NCBI GenBank assembly: GCA_902635985.1
Contig: CACPPZ010000001.1
Coordinates: 23,781-87,780, forward strand
From: Paracoccaceae bacterium
Lineage (GTDB): Bacteria; Pseudomonadota; Alphaproteobacteria; Rhodobacterales; Rhodobacteraceae
Direction: 5' to 3'
DNA: 64,000 nucleotides
Made by a program: the position numbers and the translations under genes. Under the pieces are notes generated by a model. It had not been told where the DNA came from. It saw only the letters and a program-made list of their open reading frames with translations, and did not search any database. Shown piece by piece: positions 49,145-58,315 of this stretch (position 1 is its first letter; every line of letters starts with the position of its first letter).

Positions 49145-50587
49145 ATGATCACTGAATTATTAAAGATGTCGGCTTGTAGTTTGGTTGATGTTTTAAAGAA
49201 TAGAGACGTAAAACAATCGGAAATTCTTAAAGATCTCGAAAACAGGCACCAGGAAGTAGACGGGTTTGTAAATGCCCTTCCAACAACCTGTTTTGAAAAA
49301 GCTTTTGATAGGGCAGCTAGATTTGAGAAAATGGAAGGCAAAAAATTTCTTGATACTTGTCGACCGCTTTTTGGGTTACCTATTCCAATAAAAGACTCTT
49401 ATAATGTCGCGGGTGTCCGTACCACTTACGGGTCTAAAGCTTACGAAAATTATATTCCTGATTCTTCAGACATAACTGTGGATACGATTGAAAAGTCTGG
49501 TGGTATAGTCTTTGCCAAGTCGAATACTCCTGAATTTGAAGCTGGTGCAAGTACATTTAATGAAGTATTTGGGTTTACTCGAAATCCGCTAAATCTTTCC
49601 CGTTCGGTTGGTGGTTCTTCAGGCGGCGCTGCTGCTGCAGTTGCTGCAGGTCTAGCACATTTAGCACAAGGCTCTGATTTTGCTTGTTCTTTAAGGTTTC
49701 CTGCATCATTTTGTGGACTGGTAGGGTTGCGTCCAACACCGGGTTTAGTTCCCCATGGGCCAAGTAAGATGCCTTTTCAGTCTTTGTCTGTAACTGGCCC
49801 GCTAGCTCGGTCAGTTGCTGATGTTGGATTGGCACTTGATGCCTTTGAAGGTTCAGATACACTTGATCCTTTATCAGGTCAAAATTTCGCTCGAAAAACT
49901 GTATACAGGGAAGCTGGTGAAAACCCAAAGAAAATAAATTCATTTGCTTTCTCACTGGATTTAAATGTGGCTACGGTTTCGGCAGAGGTAAAAGACATTG
50001 TCTCAAATGCTATGATAAAACTTCAGAAAAGTGGGTGTGATGTACGAAATGAGTGCCCAAACCTGCTTGAAAGTCATTTTGTCTTTGACAGGTTAAGAGC
50101 GTTTCAGTTTGCCACACTTTGGTCGACTGCTTTGATAAAACACCGAGAAAAATTAAAACCTGAAGTAGTATGGAATATCGAAAGAGGTTTGAGTCTAGAC
50201 GTAAAACAATTAATTGATGCAGAAAGAAAAAGATCAGAGATCAGACTAAATATGATCGATTTTCTAAATAAATATGACTTTTTGATTACACCAACTGCTC
50301 CAGTTGCTCCTCCGCCGTACGAGGAAAGGTATGTAAAATCAATCGAGGGAGTTGAAACACAAAGCTATATTGACTGGTTAGCTTTAGGTTATGCTATCTC
50401 TGTAACCGGATGCCCATCAGTGTCGATACCATGCGGTTTTACTTCAGATGGGCTTCCAGTTGGCATACAGATAGTATCCCTTCCTCATCGTGAAGTTGCA
50501 TTGCTTAGTTTTGCGGCATGGATTGAACAGGTATTTGAGGTAGATATCGGGTTACCTGTGGAAAATTTCAAAGATCAAAGTGCATAA
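49145..50587 (+). CDS. Amidase signature family enzyme
   Basis: PIPIKD (Lys), GGSSGGAAAAVA (cis-Ser), GSDFACSLR.PA (nucleophilic Ser) and GLPVGIQ motifs. Confidence 0.93.
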   Translation: MITELLKMSACSLVDVLKNRDVKQSEILKDLENRHQEVDGFVNALPTTCFEKAFDRAARFEKMEGKKFLDTCRPLFGLPIPIKDSYNVAGVRTTYGSKAYENYIPDSSDITVDTIEKSGGIVFAKSNTPEFEAGASTFNEVFGFTRNPLNLSRSVGGSSGGAAAAVAAGLAHLAQGSDFACSLRFPASFCGLVGLRPTPGLVPHGPSKMPFQSLSVTGPLARSVADVGLALDAFEGSDTLDPLSGQNFARKTVYREAGENPKKINSFAFSLDLNVATVSAEVKDIVSNAMIKLQKSGCDVRNECPNLLESHFVFDRLRAFQFATLWSTALIKHREKLKPEVVWNIERGLSLDVKQLIDAERKRSEIRLNMIDFLNKYDFLITPTAPVAPPPYEERYVKSIEGVETQSYIDWLALGYAISVTGCPSVSIPCGFTSDGLPVGIQIVSLPHREVALLSFAAWIEQVFEVDIGLPVENFKDQSA

Positions 50588-50605
50588 AATTGAAATTTTT
50601 TACAG

Positions 50606-50673
50606 TTGACAGCATGTGCATTGCATCTAACATACTAATACGTAATATAAATAGTGTATCCGTTAAGTGGATA
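50606..50673 (+). promoter_or_regulatory. Promoter candidate plus operator-like palindrome upstream of the Mo-hydroxylase operon
   Basis: TTGACA(50606)-N16-TAACAT, then TATCCGTTAAGTGGATA (50657-50673), 15/17 identical to the site at 42752. Confidence 0.68.
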
Positions 50674-50717
50674 TAATAGTTTAAAACTAAGATGAGTGTT
50701 TTTAAAGGTAATTTCAG

Positions 50718-51596
50718 ATGAAGCCTTCGTCCTTCGAATACGTCGCACCCACGTCTGTTCAGGAAGTAACTTTAGCACTTCAGGAAAACCCGGGCGCAAT
50801 GATTCTTGCGGGGGGACAAAGTTTGGTGCCAGCGCTTAATTTTAAATTGGCGAGCCCTGCTATGTTGGTTGATATAAAAAAAATACCAGATCTTGATAGT
50901 ATTTTTTTGGAAAATCAAAAAATAGTTATAGGTGCCAACGTAAAGCACGTTCAAGTTGAAGAAAATACACAAGTCAAAGATAACCATCCTTTAATGCATG
51001 AAGCGTTAAAGTACGTTGCTCATGGTCCAATTCGAAATCAAGGTACGACTGTGGGTAGTTTGTGTCATGCGGACTCTGCTGCTGAAATGCCTATAATTCT
51101 AATTTTGACTGATGGACACGTAACGGCTGTGGGTCCTGAAGGCGAAAGAACAATTCCGGCTAAGGAATTCTTTAAATTTCACATGACAACTAGCCGTAGG
51201 GATAGTGAAATTATCACACACGCACACTTCCCAATTCCTGAGAAAAACAGTGGATACTCTTTTCTGGAGTTTGCAAGGCGCAGCGGAGATTACGCGATTT
51301 CTGCCGTCGCTGTGCTTATGAATATAGATGAAAATAGTCGAATTTTGTCAGTCAAAGTGGCCGCAGGTGGCATCGCTTCTTGCCCGATAAGATTGTCGGA
51401 GGTGGAAGATGTTTTACTTGGCTCAACGCTTGATAAAAGCGATGTGCGAAAAGCTACAGAGATATGCATAAGATATGTAACAGCCCCTGCTGACGTTCAT
51501 GCTACGGTTGAGTATCGAAAGGGCTTGACTTGTCGACTTTTAGCAAAGGCGCTAGTTCAAGCCAAAGAGACAGCAAAGAAAGGATTTATTGGGTGA
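50718..51596 (+). CDS. Molybdenum hydroxylase FAD-binding (medium, CoxM-like) subunit
   Basis: MKP..FEY, AGGQSL, IRNQGT..GS..HAD and ARRSGDYA motifs. Confidence 0.93.
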   Translation: MKPSSFEYVAPTSVQEVTLALQENPGAMILAGGQSLVPALNFKLASPAMLVDIKKIPDLDSIFLENQKIVIGANVKHVQVEENTQVKDNHPLMHEALKYVAHGPIRNQGTTVGSLCHADSAAEMPIILILTDGHVTAVGPEGERTIPAKEFFKFHMTTSRRDSEIITHAHFPIPEKNSGYSFLEFARRSGDYAISAVAVLMNIDENSRILSVKVAAGGIASCPIRLSEVEDVLLGSTLDKSDVRKATEICIRYVTAPADVHATVEYRKGLTCRLLAKALVQAKETAKKGFIG

Positions 51597-52120
51597 AGAT
51601 GATTAGAAATTTGCCTTCAGCCAACTCGTTTGGTCAAACTTCAAAGGTTTCACTTACAGTTAATGGAACTAACGTTGAAAAAGAAGTAAGTGTACGCATG
51701 CTTCTTTCAGACTTCATACGGCATGAACTTGGTTTGACGGGCACGCACGTTGGGTGTGAGCATGGGATTTGTGGTGCTTGCACCGTAATAATCGATGGCA
51801 AATCGTCACGGTCTTGCACCCTATTAGCAGTTCAAGCTGATGGAATCGATTTAAGGACCATCGAAAGTGTGGCTAATAAAGACGGAAGCTTACACCCTAT
51901 TCAGGAAGCATTTCACGAATGTCACGCTCTACAGTGTGGTTATTGTACGCCTGGATTTATCATGAATATTGTAAGCGAGTTCGAAAATAACGAAAAGATA
52001 GATACCACAGATGAGGGTATTAGAGAACTTATTGCTGGAAATTTATGCAGGTGTACAGGGTACGCAAACATAATTGAAGCAGTTCGTGATGCTGCCGAAA
52101 AGCTCCAGAAAAAACGATAG
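51593..52120 (+). CDS. Molybdenum hydroxylase 2Fe-2S (small, CoxS-like) subunit
   Basis: GCEHGICGACT, QCGYCTPG and NLCRCTGY motifs; start re-assigned to GTG 51593 (GTGA overlap) or ATG 51599. Confidence 0.94.
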   Translation: MKMIRNLPSANSFGQTSKVSLTVNGTNVEKEVSVRMLLSDFIRHELGLTGTHVGCEHGICGACTVIIDGKSSRSCTLLAVQADGIDLRTIESVANKDGSLHPIQEAFHECHALQCGYCTPGFIMNIVSEFENNEKIDTTDEGIRELIAGNLCRCTGYANIIEAVRDAAEKLQKKR

Positions 52121-52128
52121 GATTAAGA

Positions 52129-54525
52129 ATGTCTACCAGATCATTTGGAACCCGAGTAAAACGCAATGTTGATCCAAAGCTACTCAAAGGAGAAGGATCA
52201 TTTATAGATGATTTGGACTTACCTGGGGTATTACATGCTGCGTTTGTTCGTAGTCCATTTGCAAGAGCCAAAATCAAAAGTGTAGATACGGATTATGCTA
52301 GATCAATGGACGGCGTAATGGCCATATATACCTGCGATAATATTGGTAATTTAGACATGGAACTGCCTTTATTAATTCCGCACGATTGCATGAATGACGC
52401 TAGGACGCAAAGAACTCTTGCAAGAGATGATGTCTATCACGTTGGGCAGGCCGTTGTTATGGTTGTGGCGATTAATCGTTATTTAGCAGAAGATGCAGCC
52501 CTAATGGTTGACGTAGACTATGAACCGATGGATGTAGAAGTTGATATTGAGAAAGCCATCCTACCGGATGCACCTCTCGTGCACCCAACGCACCCTGGTA
52601 ACATTGCGGCAGATCTAACACAAATATCCGGAGATCCAGAATCAGCTTTCGCCAGAGCTGAGCATGTAACGAAAATTCGTGTCGAGGTAGAGAGAAGCAC
52701 AGCGGCGCCTATGGAAACCAGATCAGTAGCTGCTTACTATGATAAGATTTCTGGAGCTCTGACGGTATGGGATGGGACTCAAGCGCCACTTACAGTTCGA
52801 GGGGGATTAGCATCAATTTTTGAAATTGATGAAGATAAAGTTAGGGTCATTGCACCAGATGTTGGCGGTGGGTTTGGGCAAAAAGTAATGTTTCCCCATC
52901 CAGATGAATTGTTAGTACCGTTGGCCGCAATGGAACTCGGGTTGCCTGTTAAATACATAGAGGATAGGCGAGAAAATTTTATAAGTTCAAATCAAGAACG
53001 GAAGCAAATTCATCACATCGAGCTCTACGCTACAAAAGACGGTGATGTTATAGGCCTGAAGGACTTTTTTCTGCATGATACTGGTGCCTTTATTCCGTAC
53101 GGAATTGCGATAGCTCAAGTGGCATCCACATCGATTGCGGGACCTTATCGAATACCAAATATACATGTTCAATTTCAGGCTGTTTATACTCCAACAGTTA
53201 CAATTACTCCCTACAGGGGATGCGGCCGGCCTCAAGCATGTTTTGCAATCGAACGAGCTATGGACCAATTAGCTGAAGAGTTGGGGATAGATAGATTTGA
53301 AATTAGACGAAGAAATTTAATATCAGACGATCAGTTTCCTTATCCAAGAGAAGGTCTTATATTTGCCGATGGATTACCCGTTACTATGGATAGTGGTCAG
53401 TATTTTAAAGCACTGGATCTGATAGAAGAGAAAATCGACGTCAGGAATTTTCCAAAAATGCAAGAAGAAGCCAGAAGTCAGGGTAAGTATCTTGGTTTAG
53501 GATTAGCTTACTATGTTGAGGGTACTGGGTTAGGACCATACGAAGGCGGTCATATTAAAATTCATCCAATAACAGGAAAAGTTTACGTAAACACTGGCTT
53601 ATCGGGTCAGGGACAAGGGCATGATACCGTTTTTGCGCAGATTGTTGCTGATCAGCTTGGAGTCAATGTAGAAGATGTTATTTTGACCGAGGGAGACAGT
53701 GGGGCATATGATTGGGGTGTAGCGACATTTGCAAGTAGGGCAGCCGTTGTTTCAGGTAATGCGATACACAAGACCGCATTAATAGTACGAAAGAAAACGA
53801 TCAAAGCCGCTGCCAATATGTTAGAGGTTGATGAAGACCAGATTGAGTTACGGGATGGGCATGCATGGGTATCCAACTCAAATCGCAGTGTTTCACTTGC
53901 CGCCGTTGCCACTGCCACAAACCCATTAAGATATGCATTCAACGAGGCGGCAAAAGCTGCAACCCAATTCGCACCTGCCAGTAGACATGATGGTCCTGCA
54001 TTAGATGAAGGACAGGCACCTGGACTTGAAGCAACAGATTATTATAGCCCACCAGCAGCAACCTGGGCCTATGGAGTGCATGCAGCAATAGTTGAGGTTG
54101 ATGAGATTACTTGTGAAACAAAAATTAAAAAATACGCGCTTGTTCACGATTGTGGTAACATGATTAATCCTACAATAGTTGAGGGGCAGGTAATGGGTGG
54201 CGTGGCGCAAGGTATTGCAGGCGCCATGTACGAGAAAGTTGAGTTTGACGACGATGGGAATATTTCAAATGCTAATTTCGTAGATTTCGTGATCCCGTAT
54301 GCAACCGAAATTCCTAAGGTTGAAATGTATCACCTTGAAACGCCAACACCTTTAAATCCACTGGGAGTGAAAGGCGTTGGAGAGGCAGGTTGTATTGCCA
54401 CAGCAGCAACAATTGCTTCAGGACTAACAGATGCACTAAGGGAGTTTGGAAACCCAAAATTTCGTTCAACTCCAATAACTCCAAGTATGATACATGAGGT
54501 AATAAGTTCGAGTAGTAGCGGGTGA
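52129..54525 (+). CDS. Molybdenum hydroxylase large (molybdopterin-binding, CoxL/XdhB-like) subunit; substrate unknown
   Basis: GGGFGQK, PYRGCGR loop, GQGH.T, ASR, D.G..INP..VEGQ..GG and KGVGE (catalytic Glu) motifs. Confidence 0.92.
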   Translation: MSTRSFGTRVKRNVDPKLLKGEGSFIDDLDLPGVLHAAFVRSPFARAKIKSVDTDYARSMDGVMAIYTCDNIGNLDMELPLLIPHDCMNDARTQRTLARDDVYHVGQAVVMVVAINRYLAEDAALMVDVDYEPMDVEVDIEKAILPDAPLVHPTHPGNIAADLTQISGDPESAFARAEHVTKIRVEVERSTAAPMETRSVAAYYDKISGALTVWDGTQAPLTVRGGLASIFEIDEDKVRVIAPDVGGGFGQKVMFPHPDELLVPLAAMELGLPVKYIEDRRENFISSNQERKQIHHIELYATKDGDVIGLKDFFLHDTGAFIPYGIAIAQVASTSIAGPYRIPNIHVQFQAVYTPTVTITPYRGCGRPQACFAIERAMDQLAEELGIDRFEIRRRNLISDDQFPYPREGLIFADGLPVTMDSGQYFKALDLIEEKIDVRNFPKMQEEARSQGKYLGLGLAYYVEGTGLGPYEGGHIKIHPITGKVYVNTGLSGQGQGHDTVFAQIVADQLGVNVEDVILTEGDSGAYDWGVATFASRAAVVSGNAIHKTALIVRKKTIKAAANMLEVDEDQIELRDGHAWVSNSNRSVSLAAVATATNPLRYAFNEAAKAATQFAPASRHDGPALDEGQAPGLEATDYYSPPAATWAYGVHAAIVEVDEITCETKIKKYALVHDCGNMINPTIVEGQVMGGVAQGIAGAMYEKVEFDDDGNISNANFVDFVIPYATEIPKVEMYHLETPTPLNPLGVKGVGEAGCIATAATIASGLTDALREFGNPKFRSTPITPSMIHEVISSSSSG

Positions 54526-54619
54526 GAAGGTTTGGGTCCTGTAGGCGAGAAACTCTTCAAAATCCTCAATAAAAAAAGTTAATTATTTTGTTGTTTGAGC
54601 TTAAAAAAAGGAGGTAAGC

Positions 54620-55696
54620 ATGAAAAGTTTATTTAAAGCTGGGCTGGTTCTTTTCGCCAGCACTTTCTGTTTGGGGCAATCTGCTCTGGCAGACAGGATT
54701 ATAAAGGGTGACCCTAAACCCGCTATGATCATTTTCTCACAGAAAAACGACGGGGGTTGGTCTCAGGCTCTAGATGAGGCTAGGCAGAAGGTCGAAGCAG
54801 AGTTAGGCTTAACAATACCAGTGGTGGAAAATGTCCCGGAAAATGCGGCGGCAGTTAAACCCGCGGTTGAATTATTTATAGATCGTGGACACAATATAAT
54901 CTTGGGATCTGCATTTGGTTACTCGGATGCATTCAAAGAACTTGCTGAAAAGTATCCTGACGTAGTATTTCTAAATCCAGCCGGAACAACAAACGGTGAT
55001 AACCTAATGTCCTACTATGGTCGGACTTATGAAAGTCAATATTTGTGTGGTATGGCAGCTGGAGCTATTTCAAAAACTGGTAAATTGGGTTTTGTAGCAG
55101 CTAATCCCTTTGGACTTGTGAATTGGACCGTTAATGCTTTTGCTATGGGGGCCCGTGAAATGAATCCTGACGCTACACTCACAGTGGTCTTTACTGGAGC
55201 ATGGAATGATCCAGTGAAAGAGCGAGCTGCATCGGAAGCCCTCGCTGAGCAAGGAATTGATGTAATAGGCCAGCACGTTGACACTCCTACCCCTCAAATC
55301 GTAGCCAAGGAAAAAGGAGTTTACTCTACTGGGCATCACAGAGATCTCTCCGAGTTTAGTTCTGCTACGCAATGTTCGTCTGTTTGGGTCTGGGATAAGT
55401 TTTTAATACCTGAGATAAAGAAAATAGCTGATGGTACGTGGGAATCCTCACCCTGGGGCGCATTCCTCTCGATTGGTCAAGGCGGCACTGATATTGCCTG
55501 TTGTGGAGACGCTGTTTCTAGCGATCAAAAGGCTAAAATAATGAAAGCACGTGATGAAATAATGGCTGGAAAGCATATATTTGCTGGGCCTTTAAAGGAC
55601 GGCTCCGGTGCTCTTAAAGTGAAATCGGGAGAAGTCATGGGCGATGCAGACTTATGGGGCATGGACTGGTTTGTCGAAGGTGTTATAAGTCAATAG
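54620..55696 (+). CDS. BMP-family ABC transporter substrate-binding protein
   Basis: Signal peptide; DGGWSQ, AFGY, G.W.DP.KE and QH.D motifs; AGGAGG RBS. Confidence 0.9.
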   Translation: MKSLFKAGLVLFASTFCLGQSALADRIIKGDPKPAMIIFSQKNDGGWSQALDEARQKVEAELGLTIPVVENVPENAAAVKPAVELFIDRGHNIILGSAFGYSDAFKELAEKYPDVVFLNPAGTTNGDNLMSYYGRTYESQYLCGMAAGAISKTGKLGFVAANPFGLVNWTVNAFAMGAREMNPDATLTVVFTGAWNDPVKERAASEALAEQGIDVIGQHVDTPTPQIVAKEKGVYSTGHHRDLSEFSSATQCSSVWVWDKFLIPEIKKIADGTWESSPWGAFLSIGQGGTDIACCGDAVSSDQKAKIMKARDEIMAGKHIFAGPLKDGSGALKVKSGEVMGDADLWGMDWFVEGVISQ

Positions 55697-55715
55697 AAGC
55701 AGAAGAATTTGATTA

Positions 55716-57227
55716 ATGGTAAAAATTAATCAAAACTACAAAATTAAAATGGAGAAAATCACCAAATCATTTGGTGATTTTCTTGCTCTTGATGATGTGA
55801 CTTTTAATCTCGATCATGGAGAGGTTCACGCCTTATTAGGGGAAAATGGAGCAGGCAAATCGTCTCTGATGAATGTCCTTTCAGGTATCTATGCACCTGA
55901 CCACGGCGCGATTAGTATTGATGGTAAAGTAGTAAAAATCAATGGACCATCTGATGCCAGATTTTTGGGTATTGGTATGGTTCATCAGCATTTTAGGCTC
56001 GTAAAAAGTTTTAACGCACTCGATAACATAGCTTTAACTATCAATCAGACCTCTTACTATAGTGAGAAAGATAATCTTCGACATAAAATCTTAAAGAAAA
56101 TGGACGAAATTGGGTTTGATCTCGATCTCGATAGTCCAGTTGGTTTATTGTCTGTTGCTGAGCAGCAGAGAGTAGAAATTTTAAAAGTTTTAATCGCAGG
56201 TGCTTCTATTATAATTTTAGACGAGCCTACCGCCGTACTAACAGATGAGGAATCTAAGGGATTATTTAAAATTATAAGATTTCTCGCAAGTTCTGGAACT
56301 TCAGTTGTTTTAGTTACTCATAAGCTAAAGGAAGCTAAAGAGTTCTCCGACAAAATTAGTGTCCTGCGTAATGGGAAATTGGTTGATACTATAATACCGG
56401 GGAAATTGGATGATGAAGCATTAATAAAGTTGATAGTAGGTGAAGTGTTCGCGGAAAAGCCACAGTTAAGTAAGAATTTTGGTGAAGAAAAAATAGTGAT
56501 ATCAGATTTAAATCTTCATCGCTCAAACCATGCCATTGGACTAACCGATATAAATTTTAAAATTCGTGAAGGTGAAATTTATGGGATTGCAGGTGTAGGT
56601 GGAAATGGTCAGGCAGAACTATCGACTGTATTGATGGGCTTAACCAAGCTGAATAGCGGCTCAATTAAATTAGCAGGCTATGGAGATATTACAAAGTTTC
56701 GGACGGACCAAAGACGGAAATGTGGGTTAGTTTTCATTCCCGCTGATAGGCAGAAGTATGCATTAGCAGGGGAACTTAGTGTTGCAGATAACTATGCTGT
56801 AGCCGCAATTCTCAGGGGTGATTTGGGTAGCTGGATGGGAGTGAAAAAATTAGGAAAACAGCTAAGCACCGTGGAGGCCATTGAGGAGTTTGATATATAC
56901 GGTGTGCAAAGGCTAAATCAAAATGCCGCTCTTTTATCTGGTGGGAACGCCCAAAAACTGGTAATTGCGCGTGAGTTTTCATCAAAACCTTCTGTGGTAA
57001 TTGCTCACAGCCCAAGTAGGGGGTTAGATATTAAGGCCGCTGCATTCGTTCATAGGCAATTATTGGCAGCAAGAGATGCAGGTGCTGCTGTACTGTTATT
57101 AAGTGAAGATTTGGATGAAATTATGCTGCTATCGGATACGATTGGGGTTATTAATCGCGGTCGCATAACTGCGGAATTCGCTTCACCGGCTGATCGACAA
57201 ATAATTGGAAAGGCTATGGTAAATTGA
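55716..57227 (+). CDS. ABC transporter ATP-binding protein, two NBDs (nucleoside/CUT2 type)
   Basis: GENGAGKS, MVHQHF, LDEPTAVLT, LSGGN.QK and SEDLDEI motifs. Confidence 0.94.
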   Translation: MVKINQNYKIKMEKITKSFGDFLALDDVTFNLDHGEVHALLGENGAGKSSLMNVLSGIYAPDHGAISIDGKVVKINGPSDARFLGIGMVHQHFRLVKSFNALDNIALTINQTSYYSEKDNLRHKILKKMDEIGFDLDLDSPVGLLSVAEQQRVEILKVLIAGASIIILDEPTAVLTDEESKGLFKIIRFLASSGTSVVLVTHKLKEAKEFSDKISVLRNGKLVDTIIPGKLDDEALIKLIVGEVFAEKPQLSKNFGEEKIVISDLNLHRSNHAIGLTDINFKIREGEIYGIAGVGGNGQAELSTVLMGLTKLNSGSIKLAGYGDITKFRTDQRRKCGLVFIPADRQKYALAGELSVADNYAVAAILRGDLGSWMGVKKLGKQLSTVEAIEEFDIYGVQRLNQNAALLSGGNAQKLVIAREFSSKPSVVIAHSPSRGLDIKAAAFVHRQLLAARDAGAAVLLLSEDLDEIMLLSDTIGVINRGRITAEFASPADRQIIGKAMVN

Positions 57228-58303
57228 GTTCCACTTCAAACATTAATAAAAGAAAAGGTGTCAAATTAGAAGTGCGTGATCCAATGAGTTTCACGAATAA
57301 GTTTATAGTACTAATTTTGTCAATCTTTACAGGATTATTCATTTCATTTGTTATATTGATTTTATCTGGTGTTTCTGGATCTGCTTTGTGGAAAGAGTTC
57401 GTGGTTTACATTATCACGAGTGAGAAAAATTTATCTTCAGTATTAATTCAGGCTTCTCCATTTGTGGTCGCAGGGCTTGCGGCGGCGGTAGCATTCAGAG
57501 CGCGTTTTTGGAATATTGGGATTGAAGGACAAATGATTTTTGGAACTATTGCAGCAACTTATATTGCAATTAATGACGTTGGACCAGAGCCAACGCGTCT
57601 ATTACTAATGTTTATAGCCGCGGGTTTTGGTGGTGTTTTTTGGATACTGTTACCCGCTTTTCTCAAAATTAAATTAGATGTTAACGAGATTATCTCGACC
57701 CTTTTAATGAACTATATTGCATTTAACTTTTTGTTACATCTACTGTATGGCAGCTGGCGAGATCCATCCACTGGTTTTCCTAACTCAGAGCAGTATGACG
57801 TATCTGAAATTTTACCGTTACTAGGGTGGCAGAGTTTGAACTTCTCATCGGTAATAGCAGTGTTCTTGGTAATTATCATTTTCTGGCTGTTCATGAGTTC
57901 TCGCTTTGGCTTTGTTCTAAACGTATTGCATGCAAGCAGTAATATGGCCAGGTATATGGGTATTCGAGTAAGTTTAGTTATTTTGATAGTTACTATAGTA
58001 TCCGGGTTTTTATCGGGAATTTGTGGTTTTCTGGTCAGTTCCGGCATAGAAAGCCGGATGACCCAATCCTTCTTTATTGGCTTTGGGTTTTCAGGGATTT
58101 TGATATCGTTCTTGGCCAGAGATAATCCGATTGGTATACTTGTGGTATCGCTACTTTTTGCTACGCTTGTTATAGGTGGTCAAAGTCTTCAAGTATTTTA
58201 TCAAATACCTTTTGCCATGGTGCAATTAATGCAAGCAATAATTGTTATGTGCGTTGCCGCATCTGAGTTCTTTATACGTTACCGTTTAATTTTTTCTTTA
58301 TAG
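57224..58303 (+). CDS. ABC transporter permease
   Basis: WNIGIEGQ and NEIISTLLMNY motifs; hydrophobic. Confidence 0.92.
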   Translation: MSSTSNINKRKGVKLEVRDPMSFTNKFIVLILSIFTGLFISFVILILSGVSGSALWKEFVVYIITSEKNLSSVLIQASPFVVAGLAAAVAFRARFWNIGIEGQMIFGTIAATYIAINDVGPEPTRLLLMFIAAGFGGVFWILLPAFLKIKLDVNEIISTLLMNYIAFNFLLHLLYGSWRDPSTGFPNSEQYDVSEILPLLGWQSLNFSSVIAVFLVIIIFWLFMSSRFGFVLNVLHASSNMARYMGIRVSLVILIVTIVSGFLSGICGFLVSSGIESRMTQSFFIGFGFSGILISFLARDNPIGILVVSLLFATLVIGGQSLQVFYQIPFAMVQLMQAIIVMCVAASEFFIRYRLIFSL

Positions 58304-58315
58304 AGGTGCAGTCGT

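Noticed and set aside
50718-54525. Aerobic CO dehydrogenase (coxMSL) call
   Set aside because: The large subunit lacks the AYxCSFR Cu-binding motif, no coxDEF genes are present, and the neighbours are amidohydrolases and a nucleoside-type importer.
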